From Patescibacteria group bacterium (GTDB taxonomy: Bacteria > Patescibacteriota > UBA1384 > UBA12157 > JAENIV01), in assembly GCA_041666185.1 (NCBI GenBank), contig JBAYHL010000001.1, forward strand, positions 153,619 through 217,618: a stretch of DNA of 64,000 nucleotides. The letters are read 5' to 3'. A program made the translations under genes and the position numbers. This document shows, piece by piece, positions 29,370 to 37,614 of the stretch (its first letter is position 1; every line of letters begins with the position of its first letter). A model generated the notes under the pieces. It was not told the DNA's origin. It saw only the letters and a program-made list of their open reading frames with translations, and did no database searches.

Positions 29370-30407
29370 ATGAAAAAAAATTGGTTATATTTTTTAGTTT
29401 TTTTGAGTCTTGGGATTTTTATCGGAATAGAATCTTCCGTGAAACCCAGTCAAAATTCAAAAACCAACATCGCACCTACTCCCGCTATTATGCCAGCAAC
29501 AACATCTCTGACAAAAACTCAAGAAACCGAAATGACTTTTACCTTTGCTGGCGATGCTATGTTTGGTCGAGCGGTTTATAACCAATTTGGCAATGATCTC
29601 ACAAAGGCTTTTAGGAATTTAGACAAAAGTCTGTTTAATAGTGATATCAATATCTTAAATTTAGAAGGTCCAATTGTTGAAGAAAAATTTATCCCCGACA
29701 CAACACCAGATAACTTAGTTATGAAATTTCCACCATCAACTAAAGATGCCTTGGGATGGTTAAATATTAATGCCATAAGCCTTGGCAATAATCATACTTT
29801 GGACCAAGGAAACACAGCTTTAGATTTCACTAAAAAAACACTTGCCAATGCTAAAATCACATCCATTGGTGACCAACAAAATAAAAATGAAATTGTTAAA
29901 GTTTTTGAAAAAGAAGATCTTAAAATTGCTATTTTAGCTATTAATTTTTTAACAAATACACCAGACTTGGAAGAAGAAATTAAAAAACAAAAAAATGATA
30001 ATGCTTTTGTGATTATTTTTCCTCATTGGGGCAACGAATATCAATCAACTCATAACAAAACGCAGGAAAAACTTGCTCGTAATTGGATTGACGAAGGAGC
30101 CGACTTAATTATTGGTTCACACCCTCACGTCGTTCAGGATGCTGAAATTTACAAAGAAAAACCAATTTTTTATTCTCTTGGTAATTTTCTTTTTGACCAA
30201 ACTTTTTCCAAAGAAACTCAAAGAAGCCTTGTGATTAAAGGTAAAATTAAGGGTAATAAATTAACTTTAGAACTAATTCCTCTCGGAAGCTTACATCTTA
30301 GACTGTATGTTTTAGAAGATAATGAAAAAGAACAAATTATAAAAATTTTTGAAAAAACATTTAAAAATCAAATAAATAATAGTTTAATCGAACTTAATAT
30401 TAATTAG
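29370..30407 (+). CDS. CapA/PgsA family metallophosphatase (poly-gamma-glutamate capsule synthesis-like)
   Basis: TFAGDAMFGR, GNNH and YSLGNFLFDQ motifs, plus an N-terminal signal anchor. Confidence 0.8.
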   Translation: MKKNWLYFLVFLSLGIFIGIESSVKPSQNSKTNIAPTPAIMPATTSLTKTQETEMTFTFAGDAMFGRAVYNQFGNDLTKAFRNLDKSLFNSDINILNLEGPIVEEKFIPDTTPDNLVMKFPPSTKDALGWLNINAISLGNNHTLDQGNTALDFTKKTLANAKITSIGDQQNKNEIVKVFEKEDLKIAILAINFLTNTPDLEEEIKKQKNDNAFVIIFPHWGNEYQSTHNKTQEKLARNWIDEGADLIIGSHPHVVQDAEIYKEKPIFYSLGNFLFDQTFSKETQRSLVIKGKIKGNKLTLELIPLGSLHLRLYVLEDNEKEQIIKIFEKTFKNQINNSLIELNIN

Positions 30408-30954
30408 CTCTCAAAACTTTTGTTTTAATTTTTTTGATAATTAGAATGCTCAAAAATCCGTAACCGACACCAAATAAAATCCCTGCCAAGATATCGGTTG
30501 GATAGTGCATACCATTATGCATTCTAGAAAATGCCATTAAAAACAAAAATAATCCTGCAAAAATATAGACAAACCATTTTCGATAAAAATAAACGTATAA
30601 GGTTAAAAGACTGGCAGTGATTGCCATATGCCCCGAAGGAAACGAAGAGTCAACCCAAAGCTCACCAGAAGAAATAATACCATTAGGATAAGCAATATAA
30701 GGACGGTCACGAAAAATAAAGCTTGCTAAAGTCGGCTTAATCACAATATCATTTAAAACAAAATAAATAATCAGAATTAAAATTGTTCCTAAAAAAATCC
30801 ATTTACCATTTTTGCGATCCCATATTAAAGCAGTCAATGCTAATAAAAGCCAAAAAGCAATCAAAAAAGGAATCCAACTAATATAGAACGAAAAATTGTC
30901 GATAATTGTTCCTGAACCAAGATGATTAAAAAAATGGGTAATATTATAATCCAT
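30400..30954 (-). CDS. PAP2 family membrane phosphatase
   Basis: PSGH and SRMHNGMHYPTD motifs. Confidence 0.8.
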   Translation of the reverse strand: MDYNITHFFNHLGSGTIIDNFSFYISWIPFLIAFWLLLALTALIWDRKNGKWIFLGTILILIIYFVLNDIVIKPTLASFIFRDRPYIAYPNGIISSGELWVDSSFPSGHMAITASLLTLYVYFYRKWFVYIFAGLFLFLMAFSRMHNGMHYPTDILAGILFGVGYGFLSILIIKKIKTKVLRAN

Positions 30955-30996
30955 TTCGTCGTTAAAAAACTCCTCAATATAAACTTTTTAAAAAAG

Positions 30997-31068
30997 TGGG
31001 CGGTGAAGGATTCGAACCTACGACATCTTCGATGTAAACGAAGCGCTCTACCGCTGAGCTAACCGCCC
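30997..31068 (-). tRNA. tRNA-Val (anticodon UAC)
   Basis: Hand-folded: GGGCGGU acceptor, anticodon loop UUUACAU. Confidence 0.85.
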
Positions 31069-31072
31069 ATTA

Positions 31073-31156
31073 TGCCGAGAACAGGACTTGAACCTGCACG
31101 GGCTTGCGCCCACATCCACCTCAAGGATGCGCGTATACCAATTCCGCCATCTCGGC
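31073..31156 (-). tRNA. tRNA-Leu (anticodon GAG), type II
   Basis: Hand-folded: anticodon stem CAUCC/GGAUG, loop UUGAGGU, long variable arm. Confidence 0.8.
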
Positions 31157-31194
31157 TTGTACCACAATTATATGGGAAAATTCATAAAAAATCA

Positions 31195-31228
31195 ACTTAA
31201 AAAGAAAAGTCCCGGTATTATAACCGGG
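31195..31228 (-). terminator. purF terminator (copy 1 of a repeated 30 nt element)
   Basis: CCCGGT-attata-ACCGGG is a perfect 6 bp stem, followed on the minus transcript by ACUUUUCUUUUU. Confidence 0.65.
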
Positions 31229-31250
31229 ACGTAAAAGTTAGTTCAAGCGA

Positions 31251-32705
31251 TTATCCGATGGTTTCTAAGACACACCTACCTTGTTCCTGAGGAATTTCAA
31301 ATGGATATTCCCCTGTAAAACAGGCAGGACAAAAATGTTCGTCCGGAATAGCTTCTAGATATTTCTCTTTATTAATTGCCGAGATTACTCCTGGAAGCGA
31401 GAGATAACCTAAAGAATCAGCGCCAATTTCTTGAGCTATTTCTTCAATAGATTTGTGAGAAGCAATCAACTCAGAACTATATTGGGTATCAATCCCCATA
31501 AGACATCTGTGCCTATATGGCGGAGAAGTAATTCTCACGTGAACCTCTAAAGCCCCTGCTTCTCTTATCAGCCTAACTGTTTGCTTAGTCGTTGTCCCTC
31601 GAACAATTGAATCTTCCAAAACAACAACTTTTTTCTTAAGCACCTCTCTGGGAAGAACTTGAAGTTTAGCCCGAACACCAATTGTTCGCAAATGTTGATC
31701 TGGTTGGATAAAAGTCCGACCAACATAGCGGTTCTTAATAAAAACATCTCTGACTTCTAAACCAGATGCTTCCGCATAACCTTTAGCTGCTGGTGTACCA
31801 GTATCTGGCACGCCACCAACCACCCAATCATGAGGATTACCGATCTCTACTGGATGTTCACGAAAAAGTTCTTCTCCCATGTGTCTACGAGCAGTTTGCA
31901 ACAAACGATCATACAAAATACTGCCAGGACTAGCAAAGTAGATAAACTCGAAAATACAAAGTCTTTTAGAAATCTTGGGCAAAAGTTGGGAAACTTGATA
32001 TTTACCATTACTGAAAGTTACTATTTCGCCTGGTTGCAAATCAAAATCCCACTGCGCTCCCAAGGCATCTAAAGCACATGTTTCAGAGGCCAAAATAAAT
32101 TGGCCACCACCATTTAGAATACCCACACTCAAAGGTCTAATTCCCCAAGGATCACGAATGCCAATTAAGTTTCTACCAACAACAATCACTAATGAATAAG
32201 CCCCAACTATTTCACTTAAAGCTTTTTTGATAGCTTCTTGAAAGGTTGCTGACTTACGAGAATAATATGAAACTAAAAGAGCAATTAGCTCACTGTCAGA
32301 CGTCCCACGAGGAGTAATACCTAAACTTGAAAGTTTGCTTTTAAGACTCAAAGGATCAAGCAAATTACCATTGTGGGCTAAAGCGAATTCACCAAATTTA
32401 CTGTTAACTTTGATGGGCTGAAAATTTTGCTTAGTATTTCCACCGGTATTAGAATATCTTGTGTGACCAATGGCCACGAAAGCTGAGTGATCTCTGTCGC
32501 CAGTCAGCCGCCAAAGTTGATTTTCAGTAAACCGATCAACTCGACCTGCCTGACGTTCAAGTCTTATCTGTTTGCCACAAGAAGTAGCAATCCCTGCCGA
32601 TTCTTGGCCTCTGTGCTGTAAAGCCAAAATGCCAAAGTAAGTCAAACGAGCGACATTTTCGCCCGGTGCATGGATCCCAAAAACTCCGCACGACTCTTGA
32701 GGCAT
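31251..32705 (-). CDS. purF: Amidophosphoribosyltransferase PurF (propeptide-containing, Fe-S type)
   Basis: MPQES-CGVFG propeptide followed by the catalytic Cys. PRTase motif. C-terminal CPACFTGEYP cluster cysteines. Confidence 0.9.
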   Translation of the reverse strand: MPQESCGVFGIHAPGENVARLTYFGILALQHRGQESAGIATSCGKQIRLERQAGRVDRFTENQLWRLTGDRDHSAFVAIGHTRYSNTGGNTKQNFQPIKVNSKFGEFALAHNGNLLDPLSLKSKLSSLGITPRGTSDSELIALLVSYYSRKSATFQEAIKKALSEIVGAYSLVIVVGRNLIGIRDPWGIRPLSVGILNGGGQFILASETCALDALGAQWDFDLQPGEIVTFSNGKYQVSQLLPKISKRLCIFEFIYFASPGSILYDRLLQTARRHMGEELFREHPVEIGNPHDWVVGGVPDTGTPAAKGYAEASGLEVRDVFIKNRYVGRTFIQPDQHLRTIGVRAKLQVLPREVLKKKVVVLEDSIVRGTTTKQTVRLIREAGALEVHVRITSPPYRHRCLMGIDTQYSSELIASHKSIEEIAQEIGADSLGYLSLPGVISAINKEKYLEAIPDEHFCPACFTGEYPFEIPQEQGRCVLETIG

Positions 32706-32807
32706 GTCCTCTTCCTCCTTGAGATAAATTAAAAAAGGCGCCCTTTGACTAAAGTCTTAGGTGCTCCCTTGCTTAAAATACCACAAAAAACACAAATGTC
32801 AATGGCG

Positions 32808-32842
32808 CAAATATTTTAAAAGCCCCGGCATAATACCAGGGC
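32808..32842 (-). terminator. Terminator after the Cys-rich gene (copy 2 of the repeated element)
   Basis: The minus transcript forms CCCUGG-uauuau-CCGGGG (with a GU pair) followed by CUUUUAAAAUAU. It is 25/30 nt identical to the purF terminator element. Confidence 0.5.
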
Positions 32843-32855
32843 GTAAAAGTTAAAG

Positions 32856-33512
32856 TTACCACGAATGTGTTTTGCAAACATGATCAACAGCGATATCAAG
32901 CATAGTTGGTGTATATTGAGAAACTTCTAAAATTGATTTTCTTACATCTTTTGAAAGAGCCTGAAAAGCCTTTCTGGCATCAATAAAACGAGTTGATCTA
33001 ATGCAGCTAACAGAACGTGACATATTTTCAGGGTAAGCTAATCCGCAAAAACAATCTGACCACCTCTTAGCAAAAGTACTTTCGCAGTAAGATCTATCTG
33101 GTGGACAATAATGTCTAGAGGGAAACAAGTCTCTTAACATAGCTAGTAAAAAAGATCTATTAAGTTTTGTTGTCTTAAAATTTTCTAAAACACTTTCAGA
33201 AAGGACTTCCCAAACAAAACATTCTAAGTTACCACCCCAATCATAATGTTCTGGACGAACAGGAATTATGTATTTTCCGCTCAAAGACGCAATAATACTA
33301 CCAGCCATAACAAAGGCTGCCCATTCACTAAGCGTTGGACATTGACGATTGCTAATCCCGTAGCAAACAAGAGACTGCTCGCAATTATAATCAAAGTCCC
33401 AATTATTATGCCTTTGGTCAAAAGTGACCGATTCTTCAAGCCAGTCCGGTAATGGCTCACGCTTAAGTTTATCGGGCAACATAAAAAAATCCAATTTGGC
33501 AAAGCTACCCAT
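32856..33512 (-). CDS. Hypothetical cysteine-rich protein (about 218 aa from MGSFAKLDFF)
   Basis: ORF with 13 Cys, ~40% GC, and no recognisable family. The track ORF extends to 33584. Confidence 0.5.
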   Translation of the reverse strand: MGSFAKLDFFMLPDKLKREPLPDWLEESVTFDQRHNNWDFDYNCEQSLVCYGISNRQCPTLSEWAAFVMAGSIIASLSGKYIIPVRPEHYDWGGNLECFVWEVLSESVLENFKTTKLNRSFLLAMLRDLFPSRHYCPPDRSYCESTFAKRWSDCFCGLAYPENMSRSVSCIRSTRFIDARKAFQALSKDVRKSILEVSQYTPTMLDIAVDHVCKTHSW

Positions 33513-33618
33513 TACTGTCCTCCTAACCATTTTTAAAATGTACAAAAAAATCAAGTTATAAACCTGACTTCTTTCTGTGACCAAATTATATTAAATTTTA
33601 ATAATTAGCAAGAACAAA

Positions 33619-33704
33619 TGGTGGGCGGAAGAGGAGTCGAACCTCCATGATCTTGCGATCACTGACTCCTGAAGCCAGCGCGTCTACCATTCCGCCATCC
33701 GCCC
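33619..33704 (-). tRNA. tRNA-Leu (anticodon CAG), type II, CCA encoded
   Basis: Hand-folded: GGGCGGA acceptor, anticodon stem CUGGC/GUCAG, loop UUCAGGA. Confidence 0.8.
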
Positions 33705-33715
33705 AAATTATGTTA

Positions 33716-35098
33716 TTATTTCTTTACCCTTTTGGTATTTAAATACCACGTGGAAACATTTAAGAAACGATCTGATTCAAAAGAACCGACAATTTTTTCA
33801 ATACCCTTAACATTTTTGGAAATTTGATAATAGAGAATATCTTGAGAAACTTCAAAAGCCGGAATTTCTTGATCTAGGATTTGTTGAAACTGGTTGTAAT
33901 CATCCTCCCTCTTTTTGAAATCGAATTCCTGTCGCGCTTCTTCTAACAATTTATCACCTTTAGTATTTTTAAAATTAGAAAGATTTTTACCATCTTCTTT
34001 AATTTGCGATGAATGCCAAAAAGGATAAGGATCTGGATCTTCACCGTAATCTAAACCGTAAAGCAAAACATCGTAATCGCGTTTAGGAATAGTGGTTTTT
34101 TGTAAAGTAACATTATCTTTAATATCCAAATTTACTTTTATACCATTTTTGCTCCATTTATCGGCAATGCCTTTGGCAATTTCAACATTTTTTTGATTAT
34201 CAGAAGTTACAAGTCTTAACTCCAAAGCCTTACCAGGATTGGAGTTTTCTTTTAAAGCTTTTCGCACATTAATATCTTGTAAATTTTTATTCGAAAGGTT
34301 AAAGAAAACCACAAGTTGACGAGGCAATTTTATTTCTAATTTTCTAAATCCAGAAATAGTTGGCGTATCGGCAGTTAAAGCAAAACCATCAATTTCACCA
34401 CGTTTAGCAGCTTTCAATAAACTGTCCTGGTCTGGATATAATTTAATAATTATTTTATCAATATAAGGACGATTAGCGTAATAATCATCTCGGGCAGAAA
34501 GTTCGATATCATTTTTATTTTCTTTAGTGATTCGATAAGGACCGTAAGGAAAAATAGGTTCAGTTGAAGTATAAAGAAACGGACTAAAAGGTTGCTTAAA
34601 ATTAAACTGAATAGTTGCAGGATCGGGTGTAGAGATTTCAATATCAGGCCATTGATTACTGCTAGTAATTTGGTTTGCTAAATCTTCTGAATTAAATTGA
34701 GGCTTAAGATGAAAAACATAAGATTTACCGCCATCATTAATGTCCCATTTTTCTGCCATATCACCAACAATATTTTTTTGTAAATCATATTTGGTTAAAC
34801 CAGCGTTGAGTAAACGAGCCAAATGTTTATCCAAATCTTTACTTTCGCCAACAATTCCTTCACGAAAAACTCCTCCGTTCTCAGGAATAGCTTGCGTTGA
34901 AGAAATCCAACGGTTAACACCAATGATGCCGATGAATGCTAAAATTAAAATTGAGAGTCCAAGTAGAATTATTTTTTCAAATTTATTAAAAACACGGGGT
35001 AAAAATTTCAAAGATAAAGCCGTTTTTTTGAAAGGATATGATTTTATTTGGAAAATATTTTTTTTGAGCTTTAAAAATATAGATTTTAAAAATTTCAT
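33716..35098 (-). CDS. ABC transporter substrate-binding protein, family 5 (peptide/nickel type), membrane-anchored
   Basis: N-terminal TM plus SBP_bac_5-like architecture. Confidence 0.65.
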   Translation of the reverse strand: MKFLKSIFLKLKKNIFQIKSYPFKKTALSLKFLPRVFNKFEKIILLGLSILILAFIGIIGVNRWISSTQAIPENGGVFREGIVGESKDLDKHLARLLNAGLTKYDLQKNIVGDMAEKWDINDGGKSYVFHLKPQFNSEDLANQITSSNQWPDIEISTPDPATIQFNFKQPFSPFLYTSTEPIFPYGPYRITKENKNDIELSARDDYYANRPYIDKIIIKLYPDQDSLLKAAKRGEIDGFALTADTPTISGFRKLEIKLPRQLVVFFNLSNKNLQDINVRKALKENSNPGKALELRLVTSDNQKNVEIAKGIADKWSKNGIKVNLDIKDNVTLQKTTIPKRDYDVLLYGLDYGEDPDPYPFWHSSQIKEDGKNLSNFKNTKGDKLLEEARQEFDFKKREDDYNQFQQILDQEIPAFEVSQDILYYQISKNVKGIEKIVGSFESDRFLNVSTWYLNTKRVKK

Positions 35099-35116
35099 AA
35101 TGAGTGCTTAATTAAA

Positions 35117-35332
35117 TTAAACCAGAAGATTAACAATAGCCATAATTACAAAAAGAAGGGCTAATGTAATTGTTAGGTAAAACAAAAATTTTTCAATACC
35201 TCGTCTGGAACGATAAACTTCTCCAGCACCACCAAAAGCTCCGCCTAAAGACGTACCACGATGCTGTAAAAGAATAGAGACAATCAGCAAAACTGCTAGG
35301 ACGATTTGAATAATTAAAAGTGTTTTTTGCAT
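35117..35332 (-). CDS. secG: Preprotein translocase subunit SecG
   Basis: LLQHRGTSLGGAFGG motif and two TM helices. Confidence 0.8.
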   Translation of the reverse strand: MQKTLLIIQIVLAVLLIVSILLQHRGTSLGGAFGGAGEVYRSRRGIEKFLFYLTITLALLFVIMAIVNLLV

Positions 35333-35377
35333 ATTTTTTTCTCTTTACGTTTTAGCTAATTACTTAGCCAAAACTAA

Positions 35378-35452
35378 TGGAGGCCTGGGCGAGATTTGCA
35401 CTCGCGCATATCGGTTTTGCAGACCGATGCCTTACTGCTTGGCTACCAGGCC
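35378..35452 (-). tRNA. tRNA-Cys (anticodon GCA), U73 discriminator, CCA encoded
   Basis: Hand-folded: GGCCUGG acceptor, anticodon stem UCGGU/ACCGA, loop CUGCAAA. Confidence 0.7.
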
Positions 35453-35526
35453 ACCTCATTTTGCTCGGTGTAAACTTTTACTTAATACAAGTTAAAGTTT
35501 AAAAACTTGCACCGAATGAAATAAGG

Positions 35527-35601
35527 TGGAGCGGGAGACGGGAATTGAACCCGCTGCCTTCTCCTTGGCAAGGAGACGTTCTACCGATGAACTACTCCCG
35601 C
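35527..35601 (-). tRNA. tRNA-Gly (anticodon GCC), CCA encoded
   Basis: Hand-folded: GCGGGAG acceptor, anticodon stem UCUCC/GGAGA, loop UUGCCAA. Confidence 0.85.
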
Positions 35602-35715
35602 AAAACTTACTTAATAATACCAAAGAAGAATCCTCTTGTAAAGGCGATATTCCTTAAGTATAATGACCTTAAGAAAAAAAGTTTATATTTTATATTGAGG
35701 AGCGTTAGTAATTAA

Positions 35716-36057
35716 ATGAGCAAAAAAGATAAATCTAAATTTAGAAAACGAATTAAAGCGCAAATTTCAAAAGAAATATCACAAACACAACCAAACCCAG
35801 TTGCTCCACAAATCAAAAAATCTTCACAACCTCAAACTGCTGTTTTGTCTGATAAAATGTCTTCGACTACACCAGAAGCTTCTATTGCTACTAAAAATGA
35901 GGCCTTAGACTATACCAAAAAAGATCTCAAAAAATCAGCTATTATTATTGGTTCAATGATTATTTTACTTGTTGCTTTATCAATCGTTGACAACAAAACC
36001 GGCATTCTTTTAAGAGCGGGTAATCAAATCTTCAAAGTTCTCCATATCGGTAGTTAA
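35716..36057 (+). CDS. Hypothetical protein with C-terminal TM anchor
   Basis: Lys/Ser/Gln-rich N-terminus, then a TM helix (AIIIGSMIILLVALSIV). Confidence 0.4.
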   Translation: MSKKDKSKFRKRIKAQISKEISQTQPNPVAPQIKKSSQPQTAVLSDKMSSTTPEASIATKNEALDYTKKDLKKSAIIIGSMIILLVALSIVDNKTGILLRAGNQIFKVLHIGS

Positions 36058-37562
36058 TACATATTTTGTTCTTTTGGTCGATATTGTAAGGCTTCTGCAA
36101 TATGTGAAGTTTTAATATTAGGACTATTTTCTAAATCGGCAATTGTTCGAGAAACTTTCAAAACACGAGTATATTGTCGTACCGACAAATGAAATTGATT
36201 AACCGCTGAAGCTAAAAGTTTTTTTGATACTTCGTCAAGTCCGCAATATTTTTTTAATTCTCTTGCGGTCATTTCAGCATTAATTTTTTTCAATCTTTTT
36301 TGCTGAATGTTTCGTGCTTTTTCAACTCTTTTTTTAATATCCAGCGAACCTTCACCAATACTTTCGTCAGATATTTTTTCGTACTTTAGTCGAGGAACTT
36401 CAATATGAATATCGATTCTGTCAAGTAATGGCCCTGAAACTCTTTTTTGATAACGCATAATTTGTTGAGGCGTACAAATACAGGATTTAACGGTATCACC
36501 TAAATAACCACACGGACAAGGATTTTGCGCGGCAACCAGTATAAACTTAGCCGGAAACTGCAACGATCCTTGAGCACGCGATACGGTTACAATTCCATCT
36601 TCAAGTGGTTGACGTAAAGCCTCCAAAACTGATCTCGGAAATTCAGGAAACTCATCCATAAATAAAACACCGCGATGAGCTAAAGTAATTTCGCCCGGCC
36701 GTGGATAAGTCCCACCACCAACTAAAGCAACTGAGGAAGTTGTGTGATGTGGCGCCCGAAATGGACGTAAACCAACTAAAGGTTGATCGGGTGGCAAAAG
36801 TCCTGCAACTGAATAAATTTTGGTCACTTCTAAAACTTCTTCGTCGATCATTGAAGGAAGAATTGATGGCATGCTCCGCGCTAAAAGGGTTTTTCCAGCA
36901 CCAGGGCTCCCTGAAAAAATTACATTGTGACCACCAGCGGCAGCAATTTCTAAAGCCCTTTTTGCTTGTTCTTGGCCCTTGATGTAAGCAAAATCATTTT
37001 CACTTTTTTCCTGCGTCTGGATTTTAAATTTTTTGTAGTAGCGAGCCAAAGATTTTTCTTTTTTAAAATAAAAAATTAAATCTTTTAAATTAGCCACTGG
37101 CCGAATAATAATATTTTTAACAATCGCAGCTTCGTCGCGATTAATTTCCGGCAAAATAATTTCTTTAAAACTTTTTGACAGACTGCTAGCAATCGCCAAA
37201 ACACCATTAACATGACGCAAATTGCCATTAAGCGCTAGCTCACCAACAAACAAAAGATTTTGCTCTATCGGTAAAATAAGTTCCGAAGCAGCCAAAATTC
37301 CTAAAGCAATCGCCAGATCGTAAGCTGGACCTTCTTTCTTAATATCAGCCGGTGCCAAATTAACAGTAATCCGTTTCATCGGAAACTCAACACCAGAATT
37401 CCTAATCGCTGAACGAACTCGCTCTTTAGATTCCTCAATCGCTTTATCAGGTAAACCAACAATCGTAAAAGAAGGAAGTCCATTGGAAATATCAACTTCA
37501 ACCTCAACCGGATATGCATCAAGTCCGACAACTGCTGCTGAAAAAACTTTAGCTAAACCCAT
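36054..37562 (-). CDS. comM: YifB/ComM family Mg-chelatase-like AAA+ ATPase
   Basis: Lon-like N-domain, Walker A (GSPGAGKT), and a C-terminal ChlI-like domain. Confidence 0.9.
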   Translation of the reverse strand: MGLAKVFSAAVVGLDAYPVEVEVDISNGLPSFTIVGLPDKAIEESKERVRSAIRNSGVEFPMKRITVNLAPADIKKEGPAYDLAIALGILAASELILPIEQNLLFVGELALNGNLRHVNGVLAIASSLSKSFKEIILPEINRDEAAIVKNIIIRPVANLKDLIFYFKKEKSLARYYKKFKIQTQEKSENDFAYIKGQEQAKRALEIAAAGGHNVIFSGSPGAGKTLLARSMPSILPSMIDEEVLEVTKIYSVAGLLPPDQPLVGLRPFRAPHHTTSSVALVGGGTYPRPGEITLAHRGVLFMDEFPEFPRSVLEALRQPLEDGIVTVSRAQGSLQFPAKFILVAAQNPCPCGYLGDTVKSCICTPQQIMRYQKRVSGPLLDRIDIHIEVPRLKYEKISDESIGEGSLDIKKRVEKARNIQQKRLKKINAEMTARELKKYCGLDEVSKKLLASAVNQFHLSVRQYTRVLKVSRTIADLENSPNIKTSHIAEALQYRPKEQNMY

Positions 37563-37614
37563 AAATTAGTCCTTTTATTTATCATATCATAAAAAATTTA
37601 TCTACCCAGAATCT

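Noticed and set aside
32706-32855. Purine riboswitch upstream of purF
   Set aside because: The leader between the putative promoter (TTGACA...) and the Shine-Dalgarno sequence is only ~60 nt. It lacks the conserved purine-aptamer junction motifs.
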